A stretch of DNA of 64,000 nt from a virus: positions 1-64,000 of the IMG/VR virus record IMGVR_UViG_3300031578_000009. One strand, given 5' to 3'. Position numbers and translations under genes: made by a program. Each line of letters starts with the position of its first letter. Position 1 is the first letter of the stretch. The notes below the pieces were generated by a model. The model made no database searches. It was given only the letters and a program-made list of their open reading frames with translations, and had not been told where the DNA came from. Shown here piece by piece: positions 10,794 through 20,990 of this stretch.

Positions 10794-12676
10794 GGCTTAC
10801 ATTAAGAAATTCAATTTCAAATAGTGTTACAAATGGATTAAAGACTATCCTAAACGTGTTTGGGTCTGCTCCTGTTTTATCAGGAACTGATTACATATTC
10901 CCTGATGATTCAGGAAACGATAATTCCTTGACGATACTGAACAATACAGCAGTTCATCTAAATGGAACGGATAATTATTTAAGAATAATAGGCATTAGGT
11001 CAACCGGGCAACAGCCGATATCGTGGAAAGGTTGGATAAAAATACTAAATTTTGATAGTTCAAGTAATTATTTGTTTTCATGCGGTGGAAATTCTAGTGC
11101 AGTAAAAGGCGTTGGAATGTATTTGAATTTATCAACAATGTATGTACAATCATCGAATGGAACAACTGTTGCTTCAAGAAATTTTGGAAGTATGGTTGAT
11201 AAAATAATACCTGGAGAATATTGTTTTGTAGAATTTTATTGGACTGGACTTACAGTTAATTTACCTGTTTTAACAATAAATGGAACTCCTATAAACGCAA
11301 ATGCAAATATATTAGAATGGACTGGGCTAAGCGAAGCAGACTTCTATATGTCAAAGTATTCAGCTGGTTCCTTATTTGATTTTGCCTACACAGAATTAAG
11401 TTTTAACAGTGCTTTAGTAGCTAAATATCTATGTTTTGAATCAAGTTTAGATTATTTATTAGACGTTTCAGGATTAGGACATAATGCAACAGTTTACGGA
11501 ACGAAATCAACTATCCGGGATGCTGTATTTGATGGTGAACCATTTGCTTTAACACATGGTTTTTCCTTATCTGGTTCAGATATTATTCCACCGGACTTGA
11601 GTAATCCCGGGTATGATGTAAATGGAAACGTATTAACTTATCCTGCTGGGTCTGGGATAACCGATTATTTAGAAAATCTATTTACGTTTCCTGATGATGC
11701 AGATATAAAAAAATTGGTATTTGAATTTTATGAAAGTGGTACGCCTAAACAATTGACCTTTTCAGATATTGATTCTGCAACTTCACTAAATCTTAAAAAG
11801 ACTAAAGTAGGGGAAGCAATTACCCGTTTAAGAGTTATATATCATAATTTATTTTCCGCTCAGAGTTGGGGTGATTCGCTTGGTAATCAGTTGTGGTCAG
11901 CAGTTCCAACTATGGGAGAAAGATTAAATCGCACATTCACTGTGTTTGGTTATGGCGGGTACACTTCAACGGAAATTAAAGCAAAATATTTACTATTCGC
12001 TGATTATGCTAAAACCCAAATAATCTGGGTTGGTTCAAATAATAGTACCGCTGTTGATGTCATATTAGCTGATATAGCTGAGATGGTTTCACATTTAACT
12101 CATAATCGGTATATAATCATGACAACCGTAAACGGGGGGTATAGTGTTTCGTTTAACGATGGCCCATATTATCCATATTACGGAATGTTAGAGGAGTCCC
12201 TTTTGTCCATTTACGGAGACCATTTTTTAAACAATCGCAGGCTTTCAATTGATAATTATAATTTTAATAATATTGTTACACTTACTCCGTTTGTTCAGCC
12301 AGCAGTCGGGGCTAATGTTCAAATTGAAGTTACTGATGCAACGTTTTTAACTACCGAAAACACCTATTCAATTACAGATTATCCTGCAAAATCAGGCTTA
12401 ATAAGAATTGGTGACATGACTAATAATAGCCAATACACTGTTATAAGTGTCGATTCGGGTACATTATTAACAATTCGTTTAGATGTTGAAGGGGCGTATC
12501 TTGAAGGGGAAACTGTTCCTGCGGATACATTAGCATTTCAGGAATTTGATTATTTTTTCAAAACAAAAGATGCAACCGCATCAACGTTCAGAATAGATAA
12601 GATTCACATGAGTGCGGTAGGTATTGAATTTATTGCAAAACTTATTATTGAAAAAATGAAGGCGTTGAATATTTAA
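10790..12676 (+). CDS. Putative tail spike/receptor-binding protein with LamG-like and SGNH hydrolase domains
   Basis: SGNH blocks WGDSL, GYGGYTS, WVGSNN and DKIH are all present; the N-terminal half resembles a concanavalin/LamG domain (LNGTDNYL, DVSGLGHNAT). Confidence 0.7.
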   Translation: MRLTLRNSISNSVTNGLKTILNVFGSAPVLSGTDYIFPDDSGNDNSLTILNNTAVHLNGTDNYLRIIGIRSTGQQPISWKGWIKILNFDSSSNYLFSCGGNSSAVKGVGMYLNLSTMYVQSSNGTTVASRNFGSMVDKIIPGEYCFVEFYWTGLTVNLPVLTINGTPINANANILEWTGLSEADFYMSKYSAGSLFDFAYTELSFNSALVAKYLCFESSLDYLLDVSGLGHNATVYGTKSTIRDAVFDGEPFALTHGFSLSGSDIIPPDLSNPGYDVNGNVLTYPAGSGITDYLENLFTFPDDADIKKLVFEFYESGTPKQLTFSDIDSATSLNLKKTKVGEAITRLRVIYHNLFSAQSWGDSLGNQLWSAVPTMGERLNRTFTVFGYGGYTSTEIKAKYLLFADYAKTQIIWVGSNNSTAVDVILADIAEMVSHLTHNRYIIMTTVNGGYSVSFNDGPYYPYYGMLEESLLSIYGDHFLNNRRLSIDNYNFNNIVTLTPFVQPAVGANVQIEVTDATFLTTENTYSITDYPAKSGLIRIGDMTNNSQYTVISVDSGTLLTIRLDVEGAYLEGETVPADTLAFQEFDYFFKTKDATASTFRIDKIHMSAVGIEFIAKLIIEKMKALNI

Positions 12677-12854
12677 AAATAAAATAAATTAATTCAAATT
12701 ATTTTAAAAACAAAAAAAATCAAATGACTGAACTACGTAAAAGTAATTATTTTATAAAAGACAGGTAAATTAATTCAAGTTATCTAAAAAAGCAAATAAA
12801 AATTCACAAAGCAAATCATTAACTATATTCAAATAACAACTAACTAATAAAAAT

Positions 12855-13133
12855 ATGTTAACACTCAAGGACATTAAGAGTTCATTATCTAACAATTTTC
12901 CAACAATAGTAATGGTTGGATTAGTATGGTGGAATTTAACTACTAAAATTAATACATTGTTAATTAAACCAGAAGTAAATTCTACAGAGATAAAACAAAT
13001 AAAAAATGATATTAATAGAATAGAATTAACAGTCTCTGAAGATAAACGAAGAATAACAGTTCTTGAGAATAGAATGAGCGCACATATTGGAGATGCGAAG
13101 ATAGAAGAATCTCCTAAGAATGAATATTATTAA
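12855..13133 (+). CDS. Small membrane-anchored coiled-coil protein
   Basis: 92 aa; hydrophobic TIVMVGLVWW segment followed by heptad-like RITVLENR. Confidence 0.5.
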   Translation: MLTLKDIKSSLSNNFPTIVMVGLVWWNLTTKINTLLIKPEVNSTEIKQIKNDINRIELTVSEDKRRITVLENRMSAHIGDAKIEESPKNEYY

Positions 13134-13144
13134 ATATATATATT

Positions 13145-13711
13145 ATGGCATTAACATTAACAAACAGTCAAACAAACGACAGTAAAATATTATATCTTAC
13201 AGATGGCTCAACTTGGGGTAGCGATAGTGTTCCAGCATTAGCTTCTGTTGTATCTGCAAGTTTATCAATTTCATACAAAACTCCAGACCTAACAGATTAT
13301 ACTGATCCAATAGTAATAGATGTTATTTCAATATTTACTGCTGCTGCTGGAGACGCATCATTGTTAATATTTCCATTAGTATTTGGATCTGAACCATCAT
13401 TAGATGCATCAGCTGTTGGAATAAATGAATTTCCAGATGGTATCTGGAAAATTGAATATACTATAAGTGATGGATCTGAAATATCTATAAATATCGAATT
13501 ATTACTGGATATGCAGATTAAAAATGTAATATATTCAAAATTAGCTTCTGTTCCTGTAAAATATTTATCAGCAAATAATTATTACACAAAACCAATTGAT
13601 GACATTTTATTGGAGAAATGTTTATATGATTCAATGACAGCAGATGCATATGTAGCTAAAAAAGATGAAATATTAAATACTTTAGAAGTTTTACAAAGAC
13701 TAACACAATAA
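13145..13711 (+). CDS. Tail hub/fibre-attachment-like structural protein
   Basis: 188 aa; FPDGIWKIEYTI motif; immediately precedes the fibre gene. Confidence 0.5.
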   Translation: MALTLTNSQTNDSKILYLTDGSTWGSDSVPALASVVSASLSISYKTPDLTDYTDPIVIDVISIFTAAAGDASLLIFPLVFGSEPSLDASAVGINEFPDGIWKIEYTISDGSEISINIELLLDMQIKNVIYSKLASVPVKYLSANNYYTKPIDDILLEKCLYDSMTADAYVAKKDEILNTLEVLQRLTQ

Positions 13712-13714
13712 ATT

Positions 13715-16534
13715 ATGTCTGTTCAATTAGGTCAATCATATACTCCACCATTAGGAAATGATAGTAGTATAGTTATACCAGCATCAACTGCACCACAAAA
13801 ACAACTTCAGCTTGATACAAAACAACAGGTTGCAAGTAGTTCTATTGTTGTAGGAGATACTTATAAATTTCTTGCTACTGCATTAGATTCTACTCCTGGA
13901 TTTTTAAGTGCAAAAATAACAACAGGAGAATTTTCTGTTGTATCTAATAAATTAAAACTTGTTGGATTTGGAGACTTAACAACTGCTGATTTAACAGAAG
14001 ATACAAATTTATATTGGACTCAAACAAGATTTAATACAGCATTTGCATTAAAAGATACAGATGATTTATCTGAAGGTGTAACTAATTTATATTACTCCAG
14101 TAGTTTATTTGATACAGATTTTAGTGGTAAAACTACTACAGATTTAACTGAAGGAACAAACTTATATTTTACTAATTTAAGGGCTACTAATGCATTAGCT
14201 TCACATACTTCTGATACAACAATTCACTTTAGTGATTTATCTGGATTCACTACTGATGATTTAGCAGAGGGTGGAACAAATAAATATTTGACTACTGCAA
14301 TATCAGATCAGGTAACATTAAATACAGCAGCTCGTCACACACATACAAACAAGGTATATTTAGACGCTATTGATAGAAGTGGAGCATCTATTAACTCTGC
14401 TGTAGATAACTCACATACACACTCAAATAAGGCTGTATTAGATGCAACATCTGCATCATTCACTACTGCATTAAAAGCTCAATATGATGCATATACATCT
14501 GGTATAATTACAAGCGTAGTTTCTCCATTAAATTTATTAAGTGGAGTATTAACTCATTTAAATACAGATGGAAATAAACATGTACCTTCAAATAGTGGGG
14601 CTGCACAATATGCAATTTTATCATCTGGAGCATCAGCAGGAACATATTCATGGATAGAACTTGAAACAATAATTGCAAACTCAACAGTATTTGATGCAAC
14701 ACCGTCTACTTCAACGACAACTGGAGTTCAGGCTGCATATATTAATTCATTGGTTACAAATGCAATTACTGATGTAAAACATGTAACTGATGCAAATTTA
14801 ACTTACATAAACACAACAATACCAGCGCATATTGCTGATACATTGTTGCATATACCAACTATAACACCTACTACAGACCAAGGAAAATTTCTCTGGGTAA
14901 ATACTTCTGATGAACCAGAATGGACTGATTCTACTGCTAATATTACAACTAGCGGAAGCGGAACTTATATTACTGCATCTGGAAGTGAATTAACTGTTGA
15001 TATCATTGATATATCAGATACTAATATTACTGCTGGAGATAATATTACAATTGTTGATAATGTTATTTCTGCAACTCCAATGACAATTGATACATATCCT
15101 GTTACTGGAAACACTGATCATTCAATAAGTTCAGATTGGGCTTACGATCACTCTGTATTATACGGTAATTCAGGACATATTCCAACTATTGGAACTACTA
15201 ATCAATTTCTTGCATGGGATGGAACTTTTAAAGATGTTACTGAATTTGCAGGAACAATAGACGTGCTTGATTATGCACTTGCAATGCAAGAGGATAATAC
15301 ATTAGACCCCGGGATTTCTCCAACAACTGGAGATAGATATATTATATTAGATTCAGCTAATCTAAATGGTAATTTTGGTGTAATTACAGGAGTTGGTGAT
15401 AATGATATAGTTGAATTTGATGGAGCTAATTTTGTTGTCTCATTTGATGCATCTGCTACTATAGCGAGCGTATCTGTAACTGTAACATTAGACATTAATG
15501 GTAATGCAGATAGAGAATGGTATTACAGTTATTCTGGATCAGAGTGGAGAGATCGTGGATTAAGTTCATCTATATATTGGACTAGAGGTTCTGAAACAGT
15601 TAGTCCAGCAACTGTTGGTGATGATATATTGCTCCCAACTGGAGATAAACTGGCATGGGATACTGGAGTAAGTTACATAACAGCATCTGCAACAAACATA
15701 ATTGGAGTTTATATAGCTTCAACTGAAACATTGCAAATAAATGCTACAAATATAATATCAAATGTTCCAATAAGTGTTGATACCATTGTTGAAAAAACTT
15801 CTGCTACCGGAGTAACTATAGATAGCGTATTGTTGAAAGATAATGAAGTAACCTCTACTATAGTTAATATAACTTCATCTGCAACAAGAATTCAGAAAGA
15901 TGGGTCAAATAATATGACATTTACAGATGTAGTTAGTGGAACAAAAACTTTAGCAGAATTGATCGGTACTGGAAGTGTTACATCTGTAGCAATGACTGTT
16001 CCAACAGGATTAGCAATAAGTGGCTCTCCTATAACAACTTCTGGAACATTAGCTTTAGCTATGGACACTGGATATGCAATACCAACTTCAGCAAAGCAAA
16101 CAGAATGGGATACTGCATATACAAATAATCTTAGATGGGATGGTGGATCTACAAGTTTAGTTGCCGCAACCGGAAGAACTTCTCTTGGATTAATTTTAGG
16201 GGTAAATGTACAATCATATACTCAAATTCCACAAGCATTAACTCAATCTACATCCACATTAACAATGGATATAGCCTCTGGATATAATGCACGAGTTACA
16301 TTAACAGAAAGTGTTACTACGTTCACTTGGAGTACTGCTGCTACTGCTGGGGATAGCGGTGTTTTGACAGTGATTCAAAATGGTACTGGTGGTTGGACTT
16401 TAGCCTTGCCAAGTGGACATTTGACAGAAGGTGGATCGTTAACTTTAAGTACTGCTGCAAGTTCTAAAGATATATTAGGATGGTATTATGATGGTACGAA
16501 TTATTTTTGGAATTTAGGAAAAGCATTTGCATAA
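13715..16534 (+). CDS. Tail fibre protein
   Basis: 939 aa, T/S-rich; four TDDLxEGTNLY-type repeats, HTHxNK repeats, GSVTSVAMTVPTGL and a C-terminal QNGTGGWTL...YYDGTNYF fibre module. Confidence 0.8.
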   Translation: MSVQLGQSYTPPLGNDSSIVIPASTAPQKQLQLDTKQQVASSSIVVGDTYKFLATALDSTPGFLSAKITTGEFSVVSNKLKLVGFGDLTTADLTEDTNLYWTQTRFNTAFALKDTDDLSEGVTNLYYSSSLFDTDFSGKTTTDLTEGTNLYFTNLRATNALASHTSDTTIHFSDLSGFTTDDLAEGGTNKYLTTAISDQVTLNTAARHTHTNKVYLDAIDRSGASINSAVDNSHTHSNKAVLDATSASFTTALKAQYDAYTSGIITSVVSPLNLLSGVLTHLNTDGNKHVPSNSGAAQYAILSSGASAGTYSWIELETIIANSTVFDATPSTSTTTGVQAAYINSLVTNAITDVKHVTDANLTYINTTIPAHIADTLLHIPTITPTTDQGKFLWVNTSDEPEWTDSTANITTSGSGTYITASGSELTVDIIDISDTNITAGDNITIVDNVISATPMTIDTYPVTGNTDHSISSDWAYDHSVLYGNSGHIPTIGTTNQFLAWDGTFKDVTEFAGTIDVLDYALAMQEDNTLDPGISPTTGDRYIILDSANLNGNFGVITGVGDNDIVEFDGANFVVSFDASATIASVSVTVTLDINGNADREWYYSYSGSEWRDRGLSSSIYWTRGSETVSPATVGDDILLPTGDKLAWDTGVSYITASATNIIGVYIASTETLQINATNIISNVPISVDTIVEKTSATGVTIDSVLLKDNEVTSTIVNITSSATRIQKDGSNNMTFTDVVSGTKTLAELIGTGSVTSVAMTVPTGLAISGSPITTSGTLALAMDTGYAIPTSAKQTEWDTAYTNNLRWDGGSTSLVAATGRTSLGLILGVNVQSYTQIPQALTQSTSTLTMDIASGYNARVTLTESVTTFTWSTAATAGDSGVLTVIQNGTGGWTLALPSGHLTEGGSLTLSTAASSKDILGWYYDGTNYFWNLGKAFA
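13975..14290 (+). repeat. Degenerate intragenic peptide repeats (TxDLxEG.TNLY x4) in the tail fibre
   Basis: TADLTEDTNLYW, TDDLSEGVTNLYY, TTDLTEGTNLYF, TDDLAEGGTNKYL. Confidence 0.75.
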
Positions 16535-17172
16535 TGAGAGCTACAACGTTTATAAGACAATTAGGGGAAGATGCGTTATCTGAACCAGGTTATGGACTAC
16601 TTTACAATTGGTATGCTGCTAGTGATGCTAATTTTGCTCCTGCTGGATGGTCTGTTCCTACAACATATCAATTAATAGATTTAATAGTTATATATCTTGG
16701 TGGAGACACTAATGCTGGATATATACTTAAAGAAGTTGGGACGGTTCATTGGAATCCTCCAAATCCTTCTATTGATACTTATGGATTTAGCTTTTTGGGG
16801 GCTGGAGTACGTAACAATAGTGGAATATTTCAGAATTTTAAAACTTATGGAAGATTAAATACTATAACCGAAAATGATATTAATACTGCCCAAAACTGGT
16901 TAGCTACTTCTTCTGAATATTCATTTATTCAATCTTCTGTTAATAAAAAATATGGAGCATCTGTTAGATTAATAAAAAACGATTCAACTGACCCCGGAAC
17001 AATGACCGACTACGATGGGAACATTTACCCGACGGTTAAAATTGGAACCCAAGTATGGACGGCTGCAAACTGGAAGTGTACCCACTTAAAAAACGGAACC
17101 GTAATCCCAGAAGTAACCGACAATACCGCATGGGCAGCGTTAACAACAAAAGGTTGTTGCACATATGTGTAA
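16534..17172 (+). CDS. FISUMP (Fibrobacter succinogenes major paralogous) domain protein, circularly permuted; putative fibre-tip/adhesion protein
   Basis: YGLLYNWYAA, APAGWSVPT, GASVRLIK, then TDYDGNIYPTVKIGTQVW. Start reassigned to ATG 16534, which overlaps the fibre stop (TAATG). Confidence 0.8.
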   Translation: MRATTFIRQLGEDALSEPGYGLLYNWYAASDANFAPAGWSVPTTYQLIDLIVIYLGGDTNAGYILKEVGTVHWNPPNPSIDTYGFSFLGAGVRNNSGIFQNFKTYGRLNTITENDINTAQNWLATSSEYSFIQSSVNKKYGASVRLIKNDSTDPGTMTDYDGNIYPTVKIGTQVWTAANWKCTHLKNGTVIPEVTDNTAWAALTTKGCCTYV

Positions 17173-17218
17173 TAATAATTAGGGGAGTGTTTAATATCTT
17201 TTTAGTATATAAATATTA

Positions 17219-17250
17219 TTTGCAAACTATATACATTAATTATATTTTTG
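17219..17250 (+). promoter_or_regulatory. Bacteroidota-type promoter for the lysis/tail block
   Basis: TTTG (17219-17222), 20-nt spacer, TATTTTTG (17243-17250). Confidence 0.7.
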
Positions 17251-17274
17251 TCTAAACTAATAAATTAGAACAAT

Positions 17275-17499
17275 ATGGCAACTAAAAAAACAGAAACTAA
17301 GGTAGATGAAACAAAAAAAGAATTAACATTTGATCAACAATTGTTAGAAGACATTAAATTTAATAAAGATGCAATTGCAAAAAAGTATGCTGAGATCAAT
17401 CAACATAAAGGAGCATTAAATTACGCACAATATGCTTATCAAATATATATGGAAACATTAGAAGATAAAGAACCAAAAGATGATAGTAACAAGGACTGA
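17275..17499 (+). CDS. Hypothetical protein
   Basis: 74-aa ORF directly after the promoter. Confidence 0.55.
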   Translation: MATKKTETKVDETKKELTFDQQLLEDIKFNKDAIAKKYAEINQHKGALNYAQYAYQIYMETLEDKEPKDDSNKD

Positions 17500-17770
17500 A
17501 TTTGAGTATAGTATAGTAGATTCTTATTGTGATTATGCAAATAAAGTTGCAAATGCTTTACTATTGACTGAAGTTAAAGAACAGGAGCTTAGGAAGTTTA
17601 AGGTAGCAACTATTTGTGTGGAAGCTATTAGAAGTTATTTTAGTAGGTATGATGTTGATACAGCACCTACTGATGATGATAATGGATTATCCAAAGATGA
17701 TATTGAGAATCTTGTTCAAATACTTAACCATATTCTTGAAACTAATTTTTGGTACGAATTTCCTGATTAA
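17480..17770 (+). CDS. Small helical protein, possibly tail-associated
   Basis: 96-aa ORF overlapping the upstream gene. Confidence 0.5.
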   Translation: MIVTRTEFEYSIVDSYCDYANKVANALLLTEVKEQELRKFKVATICVEAIRSYFSRYDVDTAPTDDDNGLSKDDIENLVQILNHILETNFWYEFPD

Positions 17771-17782
17771 AATATAAAATAT

Positions 17783-17995
17783 ATGAAAAATAGATTATTA
17801 GGTAGTTGGTTAACTACAATTATAGGTGGAATTATAGGATTAGCTGGATTAGCTTTTTTATGGTTTAATAAAATGAGTATTTGGGAAGCAATACCAATGT
17901 GGTTATTAGCCTGGACCTTTATGGCTGCAAAAGATAGTTTACTTGAAGGATTAACTGCTGGTTTACTAAAGTTTAAAAAAGATGATACAAATTAA
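17783..17995 (+). CDS. Putative holin
   Basis: 70 aa with two hydrophobic helices (SWLTTIIGGIIG...) and a basic C-terminus; precedes the endolysin. Confidence 0.65.
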   Translation: MKNRLLGSWLTTIIGGIIGLAGLAFLWFNKMSIWEAIPMWLLAWTFMAAKDSLLEGLTAGLLKFKKDDTN

Positions 17996-18392
17996 TGTCT
18001 ATAGGGAGAAATACACTAATAAAGAAGTTATTGGAACATGTATTGTTTTAAAGAATGGTAAATTTGAAGGTGGATTTGTTACTCTTGAACGACCTTGGTT
18101 AAATAATAAAAAGAATGAATCTTGTATTCCAACAGGATCATATAATGTTGAGCATTGGAATAGTAAAGATCACCCTAATACATTCCATGTTAAAGATGTA
18201 AAAGATAGAGATTATATTCTTATACATTCAGGAAATTTTTATAATAATACTGCTGGATGTATATTACTTGGTGGATTAGTTGATGATATTAATAATGATG
18301 GAATAAAAGATATTCTACATTCACAAGAAGCTATTAATATTTTAAATAAGATTTGTAAAGATGAAACTGATATTAAATTACTTGTAGCATGA
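17982..18392 (+). CDS. DUF5675-family putative endolysin (peptidase)
   Basis: TLERPW..N....SCIPTGSY, ILIHSGN and TAGCILLG signatures. Confidence 0.8.
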   Translation: MIQINVYREKYTNKEVIGTCIVLKNGKFEGGFVTLERPWLNNKKNESCIPTGSYNVEHWNSKDHPNTFHVKDVKDRDYILIHSGNFYNNTAGCILLGGLVDDINNDGIKDILHSQEAINILNKICKDETDIKLLVA

Positions 18393-18928
18393 AACAATCA
18401 GAAAGAATCATTTATTTAATAATTATAGCAATATTAATGTATGTATCTTTTACAAGAACCCTATTGAAGCAAACTATTGTAACAATTCCTGGAGATATTA
18501 AAATAGATACTGTTAAAGTTACATATGATTCATTAATATACAGAATAGATTCTATTCCATATGATAGTATTACATGGTTACATGATACTGTATTTTTACC
18601 AACAGATACTGCTAAAATATTAACAGATTATTTTAAAATAATATCATATGATAGTATTAGTTTAAGAAATGATTCTTCTATTACAAATTGGATAAGGGTT
18701 AAAGTTACTCAGAACAGATTATACGAAGTCAAAGGATATTCTCTAAACAACAGAAAGACAAGTATTATTGAAGACCACAATAATCTTGGTATTGGAGCTA
18801 TAGTAGGTAAGCAACTTGTTGCTCCTACTATTAGCTATCAATTTAATCAACACCAATTTGGAATAGGATATAATGTTGTGGGAAGTGGATTAGTTTTGCA
18901 ATATGAATATAAATTTAAGTTAAAATGA
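18389..18928 (+). CDS. Putative spanin
   Basis: N-terminal TM helix, DT/DS-rich linker, C-terminal amphipathic beta strands ending YEYKFKLK; follows holin and endolysin. Confidence 0.55.
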   Translation: MKQSERIIYLIIIAILMYVSFTRTLLKQTIVTIPGDIKIDTVKVTYDSLIYRIDSIPYDSITWLHDTVFLPTDTAKILTDYFKIISYDSISLRNDSSITNWIRVKVTQNRLYEVKGYSLNNRKTSIIEDHNNLGIGAIVGKQLVAPTISYQFNQHQFGIGYNVVGSGLVLQYEYKFKLK

Positions 18929-19638
18929 GCGTTTCATTAAATGAATTAGGCTATAGAATCTTTAATATAATACTTCCAAAAGTATCAGATGATAGTTCTA
19001 TTGATATAGCTGATATAAGATATGATATTGAGAATACCAGGGCTTTACTAATCAAAAGAAGGTATGGTAGTAAATTTAAAACTCAATTACCAGAAGCAAT
19101 TGTACAATCAATAGAATCTCTTGAAATAGAATCTGTAAATGCCTCTAATGTAATTATACAATCAGATAAGGTGTTGATGAAAACTAAATTACAGATTCCT
19201 CAACTATTGGAAAAATCTTCTGGCATGCCAATGGTAAAACGTATTAGTGCTGCTACTGTATTAAGTAACAATTTTACAGTAGTAACGCCACAACAAGCTA
19301 TATATTCTGGTAATGGTAAATTTAATCAAAAGAATATATTCTGTTTTTATGAAGATGGATATTTATATTTGGTTACAAAAAGAGATTTGTTTAAAGGAGT
19401 TAAATATATAGATGTAGATGCAGTATTTGAAAGACCAACTGAATATTTTACATTTATGAATGCTAATCTAAGTGGGGCATTTGATTATGACTCAAATTAT
19501 CCAGTAGCATTAGATATGATTGATGATATTGAACAAATTGTAATTAAAAATAAACTTAGAATTGAATCTACTCAACCAGTAGATGATGTTAATGATTCAA
19601 GTGATACTTCTAAACAAATGGCAAATCCTAGTAATTGA
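18925..19638 (+). CDS. Tail ring protein (crAss-like)
   Basis: 237 aa; SDDS, RALLIKR, FERP and YPV..DM motifs. Confidence 0.65.
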   Translation: MSVSLNELGYRIFNIILPKVSDDSSIDIADIRYDIENTRALLIKRRYGSKFKTQLPEAIVQSIESLEIESVNASNVIIQSDKVLMKTKLQIPQLLEKSSGMPMVKRISAATVLSNNFTVVTPQQAIYSGNGKFNQKNIFCFYEDGYLYLVTKRDLFKGVKYIDVDAVFERPTEYFTFMNANLSGAFDYDSNYPVALDMIDDIEQIVIKNKLRIESTQPVDDVNDSSDTSKQMANPSN

Positions 19639-20165
19639 TGGCTTTTAAAAGAACTACTGGCAAAAATAATGCAGATGTTGGATTAAGAGATTTATACAAA
19701 GAATATAAATCACAAGTTAAAACTCCAGTTACATATAAAGTATATGTAGCTTTCTTAAAAGAATACAATGAACGCATCATGAAAGCTGTAGTTTATGAAG
19801 CTTTAGAATATAAGATGCCATATAGATTAGGATATTTAAGAATACAAAAACGTAAGAAGAAACCTTACTTAAAAGAAGGTAAACTAGTCACAAGACATAT
19901 ACTTCCAAATTGGAAAAAGACATTAGATTATTGGCGAGAAAAATGGCCAGATAAAACAGATGAAGAAATTAAGTTAATCCCTAATAAGAAAATATTTTTA
20001 CATCATAATGATGATACAAATGGATATAGTGTAAGGTTTTATTGGGATAAAAGATTTTCAAATGCTAAAAACCAAACAGCATATATATATAAAGCAACAA
20101 GAACTACTAAAGAAATTTTAGCAAAGTTTATTAAACAACATGGAATCTCTGGATACTTAGAATAA
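19638..20165 (+). CDS. IHF/HU-like DNA-binding protein of crAss-like phages
   Basis: Basic; KMPYRLGYLRIQK, NWKKT, HNDDTNGY..RFYW; conserved position before the tail tubular gene. ATG at 19638 overlaps the upstream TGA. Confidence 0.7.
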   Translation: MAFKRTTGKNNADVGLRDLYKEYKSQVKTPVTYKVYVAFLKEYNERIMKAVVYEALEYKMPYRLGYLRIQKRKKKPYLKEGKLVTRHILPNWKKTLDYWREKWPDKTDEEIKLIPNKKIFLHHNDDTNGYSVRFYWDKRFSNAKNQTAYIYKATRTTKEILAKFIKQHGISGYLE

Positions 20166-20171
20166 AATATT

Positions 20172-20990
20172 ATGGCAACAACTGGTAAATTTACAAACAT
20201 ACAAGATATTATAGAAAGAACCCATAGAAGTGGGTTCAATGATTTTACTGAGGAAGAAGCTAAAGAATGGGCTTGGGAAGCTATTAGTTTAATTGGAAAT
20301 CCAGCACATTATGTAGATAGGGTTGCAATACTTCCAGTTGAAAATGCAAGAGCAGAATTGCCTTATGATTTATATGATATGACTGAAAGTGGAATCAGAG
20401 ATTATTATAGTAAACTTCCATTGATTAAAGAGACTGATATTTATTACGATTCAGATAGAGTTGGAGAAACAATTAAACCATTAAATTTTGAGACAACAGG
20501 GGCTTCTGTTGTATATGTAGATGGAGTTCCGCAAGAGAACACTGATGCTTATTTATCTTTAATATCTTATGAAGATTATAAAATGGAGCATAGAACATAT
20601 AAAGTAAATAATGGATTTATATATACTGGATTTAAAACAGGGGTAATAGAATTAGCATATAAATCATTTCCAATAGATAATGATGGTTCTCCATTAATTG
20701 AAGATAATTTTAAGATTGTACGTGCTGTAGTATCATATATTAAAAGAATGGTAGCAGAACGTATGTGGATGAGAGATGAAATCATTGATAAGAAATTTGA
20801 AATTGTAAAACAACAATCTATGTTTCATATGGCTTCTGCTAAAAGTGAAACTGCTATTGGTTCAGTAGATGATTGGGATGCAATAAGAAGTAGGATTAAT
20901 AGGTTACATAGAGATCCAAATTTACAAAGAGTTGGATTTAAAGGATACTCAGATAGAGAAGGAATTAATTTAACGTCAATACATGGCTAA
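20172..20990 (+). CDS. Tail tubular protein (P22 gp4-like ring protein)
   Basis: RAELPYD, YKVNNGFIYTGFKTG.IELAY, PID..G.PLI motifs. Confidence 0.75.
   Translation: MATTGKFTNIQDIIERTHRSGFNDFTEEEAKEWAWEAISLIGNPAHYVDRVAILPVENARAELPYDLYDMTESGIRDYYSKLPLIKETDIYYDSDRVGETIKPLNFETTGASVVYVDGVPQENTDAYLSLISYEDYKMEHRTYKVNNGFIYTGFKTGVIELAYKSFPIDNDGSPLIEDNFKIVRAVVSYIKRMVAERMWMRDEIIDKKFEIVKQQSMFHMASAKSETAIGSVDDWDAIRSRINRLHRDPNLQRVGFKGYSDREGINLTSIHG

Noticed and set aside
12685-12791. Imperfect direct repeat TAAATTAATTCAA(A/G)TTAT after the SGNH gene
   Set aside because: There are only two copies in extremely AT-rich DNA; it could be a recombination scar but cannot be distinguished from chance.
16534-17172. 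Diversity-generating retroelement targeting the FISUMP gene
   Set aside because: No reverse transcriptase and no second near-identical copy (template repeat) were seen in the window.
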